A stretch of 48,641 nt of DNA from Actinomycetota bacterium (lineage in GTDB: Bacteria > Actinomycetota > UBA4738 > HRBIN12), in the NCBI GenBank assembly GCA_038244455.1, contig JBBRTK010000002.1, forward strand, positions 1 to 48,641. Reading direction: 5' to 3'. The notes beneath the pieces were generated by a model. The model saw nothing but the letters and a program-made list of their open reading frames with translations, searched no databases and was not told the origin of the DNA. Shown here piece by piece: positions 46,048-48,641 of this stretch. The translations under genes were made by a program, and so were the position numbers. Numbering within the stretch: position 1 is the first letter of the stretch; each line of letters begins with the position of its first letter.

Positions 46048-46938
46048 TCACTCTGTTCCGAAGAGGTTCCGGAGGTCGACGCGCTTAGCGCGGTAGTTCG
46101 CCTCCAGACGGACGGACCCCAGTCTAAGCGCTTTCGGCGGCTCTGCCACGGGCGAGATCAGGCGGAGCCCCCCGTCCTCGGGGACGTACTCCAGATAGCC
46201 GACCCCCGTGAATCCCCCACTCCCGTCGGAGAGCCCGACCATGAGCCTGTCCAGTTCCTTCAGATCGAACAGCGGGGGCAGGGACGGCATGAACACGGTC
46301 GGCTTGACCCGGAACCGGTGGAGTTCCTGGGCGAAGTAGCGGGACATCTGGCGTTCGCGCTGGGCCATGCGGTCCTCGACGCTTGTCGGTTCCACCCCGG
46401 GGTGGATGGGCAGGGTCGCCGTGTCGATGCCGAAGAACCGCTCGATGACCCCCAATACGGGTTCGAGCTCCTCGCCGCGTTGCAGACCCACGATGAGGTC
46501 GGGCTCCAGCGCGTCCACCTTGTAGTACTTCACCAACTGGCCGCTGATCCCTCCGACCACGCCGCCGGTGTCCACGATGACCAGGTCCGCGCCCTCCGCG
46601 CGCGCTCGGTCGCGCAACCGCGCCAGCGCGCCGACCAGCGGCAGGAGATGATCCGCCGGGCTGGTCGACCCGACGAACCCCAGGTGATCGGCCTGGGCCA
46701 GCCGGTCGAACGTGAGGTCGTCCACGGATCTGATGTGCTTCATGCCGACCGTCGCCGGCGGGCCCACCGTCTTCTGGCTGACGTCGGCGTCCAGGTAGGC
46801 GACCGCGCGGCCCACGTGCAGGGCATACGCGGCGGTCGCGCGCGCCAGCGTGGACTTGCCGGCATCCAGCCCGCCGATGAACAGCACCGTCTTCGCGTCT
46901 CTGGCGGCTCGGTCGACGAGCCGGTCATGTTCGTTCAC
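46048..46938 (-). CDS. Clp1/Grc3-like P-loop polynucleotide kinase family protein
   Basis: Has the Walker A motif GGLDAGKST followed by YLDADVSQKTVGPPATVG and LVIVDTGGVVGG, the Clp1_P pattern (GxxxxGKS ... D-x-D-x-G-Q ... DT-G). GTG start with GGAGAGGG SD. Confidence 0.7.
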   Translation of the reverse strand: MNEHDRLVDRAARDAKTVLFIGGLDAGKSTLARATAAYALHVGRAVAYLDADVSQKTVGPPATVGMKHIRSVDDLTFDRLAQADHLGFVGSTSPADHLLPLVGALARLRDRARAEGADLVIVDTGGVVGGISGQLVKYYKVDALEPDLIVGLQRGEELEPVLGVIERFFGIDTATLPIHPGVEPTSVEDRMAQRERQMSRYFAQELHRFRVKPTVFMPSLPPLFDLKELDRLMVGLSDGSGGFTGVGYLEYVPEDGGLRLISPVAEPPKALRLGSVRLEANYRAKRVDLRNLFGTE

Positions 46939-46997
46939 TGTGCGCCCTCTCCGCGGTCGCGGAGGTTCGGGCCGTGCGCCGCCGGGGCTGCTCGGTA

Positions 46998-47195
46998 CTA
47001 TCCCGCTTCGGTGAACCGTTCGGTCAGGTAGGAATGGATGTCTTGTTCTCTGAGCCGGTAGCTCTTGCCCACGCGGAGCGAGGGCAGCTGGCCGGCGTTG
47101 ATCAATCGGTAGACGGTCATGCGGGATACGCGCAAGAGGTCTGCGACCTCATTCACGGTCAATAGTCGAACCTCGTTGAAGGTGTCTCTCCTCAC
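46998..47195 (-). CDS. Excisionase-family helix-turn-helix DNA-binding protein (conserved actinobacterial type)
   Basis: 65 aa with LLTVNEVADLLRVSRMTVYRLINAGQLPSLRVGKSYRL. Confidence 0.85.
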   Translation of the reverse strand: MRRDTFNEVRLLTVNEVADLLRVSRMTVYRLINAGQLPSLRVGKSYRLREQDIHSYLTERFTEAG

Positions 47196-47198
47196 GAT

Positions 47199-47225
47199 GG
47201 CGGCGATTCTAGGCGAATCGCCGCC
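47199..47225. repeat. Perfect 11-bp inverted repeat GGCGGCGATTC-N5-GAATCGCCGCC
   Basis: Read directly from the sequence. It lies 4 nt upstream of the HTH gene start and 42 nt downstream of the preceding stop. Confidence 0.8.
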
Positions 47226-47266
47226 GCCCCGATACCCCCGAACGGACTACGGGCCGGCCGACCTTG

Positions 47267-48088
47267 TCAAACGGCGGCGATGGCCTGGAAGCACGGCCAG
47301 TACGCCCCTGGGTCCACGTGGTCGTCCATGACAATGACGTGCTCGGTTCGACCCAGGGACCTGGCGACCAGGAGGGCCGGGTCGTTCACGTCGGCGATGC
47401 TGATGGTCTCCACACCAGCCCAGATAGCGGCCCCGGCGAACCCGTGGTCGGCCATGACCAGGTCGGGCGTGACCTCTTCGAGCATCCGTTCCACGGCGTT
47501 GGGCCGGTGCGTGTGACGTGGTTCGCGGCCATCGGTCAGCATGGCCACCCCGTCCCAGTGATCGATGAACCAGTCGTGGTCCAGGTGCGGGTCGCGCCAA
47601 TGGATGCCGTGCGCGGCTCGGAGAACCCTCGCGCCGCCGGCGCCGAGCCAGCCGTCGAGCGCGTGATAGAGGAGGGCGAGCCCGACCGGATGGCCGGTTG
47701 CCAGGATCACCGACTCGCCCCGTTCCCGAGCCAGGTGCAGCCGCCGACCGGCCGCACGGCAGGCCGCCAGGATGGGCTCGGGACGGATGTCCACGGGACC
47801 GAATCGGGCGTCGCGGTCGATCGGCGCGTCTGCGGCGGTCTCGACCAGCCGGAGGATGTCATCGAGCGCCAGCCCCTCCGCGATACCCGGCATGCCGAAC
47901 TGCTTGTCGGGGTCACCGTCCAACAGCATGAGCGCGTTGTTCCGCACGTTGTCGAGCGGGTGGCTGGCCGTCCCGGCCACCTGGCCGGCCAGGAGCGCCG
48001 CAAGCAGCTGGGCCTCCGGGAGCGGCCGCGGGGTCCACCGATCATCGAGCGCGGGCAGTCGGCGGACGTGGGCTTCGATAACGTCCAT
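47267..48088 (-). CDS. Conserved hypothetical protein (273 aa, soluble)
   Basis: Long GC3-rich ORF with His/Asp-rich segments (HWRDPHLDHDWFIDHWD, VIVMDDHVD) that suggest a metal-dependent hydrolase. I could not assign a family securely. Confidence 0.65.
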   Translation of the reverse strand: MDVIEAHVRRLPALDDRWTPRPLPEAQLLAALLAGQVAGTASHPLDNVRNNALMLLDGDPDKQFGMPGIAEGLALDDILRLVETAADAPIDRDARFGPVDIRPEPILAACRAAGRRLHLARERGESVILATGHPVGLALLYHALDGWLGAGGARVLRAAHGIHWRDPHLDHDWFIDHWDGVAMLTDGREPRHTHRPNAVERMLEEVTPDLVMADHGFAGAAIWAGVETISIADVNDPALLVARSLGRTEHVIVMDDHVDPGAYWPCFQAIAAV

Positions 48089-48124
48089 GGTTCAGGCCAT
48101 GGTACGGGAGGCGGAGGCAGGCCC

Positions 48125-48641
48125 ATGCAGCTCAAAGGTGCGGTAACGGTGGTGACCGGGGCCTCGTCAGGGATCGGGGAGGCCATCGCGGTGGCGTTCG
48201 CGCGGCGCGGCGCGAAGGTGGTGCTGGCCGCCCGCCGGTCCGACCGCCTGGAGGAACTCGCCGACCGGATCGAACGGGCGGGCGGGCGGGCCTTGGCGGT
48301 CCGGTGCGACGTCGGCGATCACGAGCAGCTGCGGAAGCTCCGCGCCATCACCGAGGAGGCCTACGGCCCCACCGACATCCTGGTGAACAACGCCGGCATC
48401 CCCGGCGCCGGTGCGTTCGAGACGCTGACCTACGAGCAGATCCAGACCGTGGTCCAGGTCAACCTCACGGGCGTGCTATTCGGAACCAGGGCGTTCCTGC
48501 CGGGGATGCTGGCGCGCGGACACGGCCACATCGTCAGCGTGGCCTCGCTCGCGGGTAGGTTCGCGGCGCCGGGCGCGGCCGTGTACTCGGCGACCAAACA
48601 CGCGGTGGTCGCCTTCAGCGAATCCATGGACGCGGAGATGC
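48125..48641 (+). CDS. Short-chain dehydrogenase/reductase (SDR), C-terminus beyond the window
   Basis: Open at the window edge, so absent from the track. MQLKGAVTVVTGASSGIGEAIA...NNAG...SLAG...YSATKHAV carries the classical SDR motifs TGxxxGxG, NNAG and YxxxK. Confidence 0.9.
   Translation, partial: MQLKGAVTVVTGASSGIGEAIAVAFARRGAKVVLAARRSDRLEELADRIERAGGRALAVRCDVGDHEQLRKLRAITEEAYGPTDILVNNAGIPGAGAFETLTYEQIQTVVQVNLTGVLFGTRAFLPGMLARGHGHIVSVASLAGRFAAPGAAVYSATKHAVVAFSESMDAEM

Noticed and set aside
46998-47195. The excisionase-family HTH as a hint of a prophage or integrative element.
   Set aside because: No integrase, transposase, att-like direct repeats or tRNA lie nearby. This small HTH next to bS22 is a conserved chromosomal actinobacterial arrangement.
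1-48641. A window-wide search for tRNA, rRNA, CRISPR arrays, IS elements and defence-system genes.
   Set aside because: I recognised none. Coding density is very high, intergenic gaps are at most about 125 bp, and all recognisable products are respiratory, regulatory or housekeeping.

Overview
High-GC chromosome segment with strong G/C third-position bias. It is almost certainly actinobacterial: it carries a 33-aa ribosomal protein bS22 gene next to an excisionase-type HTH gene, plus rex and a DUF836 glutaredoxin-like gene. The window is essentially a respiratory-chain island. On the minus strand from 23655 to 1 lies one nearly gapless unit: geranylgeranyl reductase, a complete nuoA-N set (14 genes), a long-chain polyprenyl diphosphate synthase, and a second paralogous nuo set (A,B,C,H,I,J,K,L,M, running off the window) that lacks nuoD/E/F/G. 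A perfect Rex operator sits in front of this unit. Next come a PPOX-like gene and a short-chain prenyl synthase, then a fused ctaA-ctaB haem A/haem O synthase. After that is a caa3-type oxidase operon (ctaC-D-E-F-ctaG) ending in a membrane-anchored double cupredoxin and a TlpA-like thioredoxin, followed by ccdA-resB-resC. The most unusual feature is an 8-gene plus-strand operon (36951-41944). It encodes a b6f-like complex (split cytochrome b6 / subunit IV, Rieske protein, monohaem cytochrome c) together with a translationally coupled 2x[4Fe-4S] ferredoxin and three unassigned membrane proteins. The right end holds rex, an ECF sigma / zinc anti-sigma pair, a Clp1-like P-loop kinase, bS22 and housekeeping genes. 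I saw no rRNA, tRNA, CRISPR array or mobile element. Many long ORFs in the supplied track are antisense or out-of-frame artefacts of high GC, and several real genes needed their starts trimmed. Two edge-truncated genes and the bS22 gene are absent from the track.
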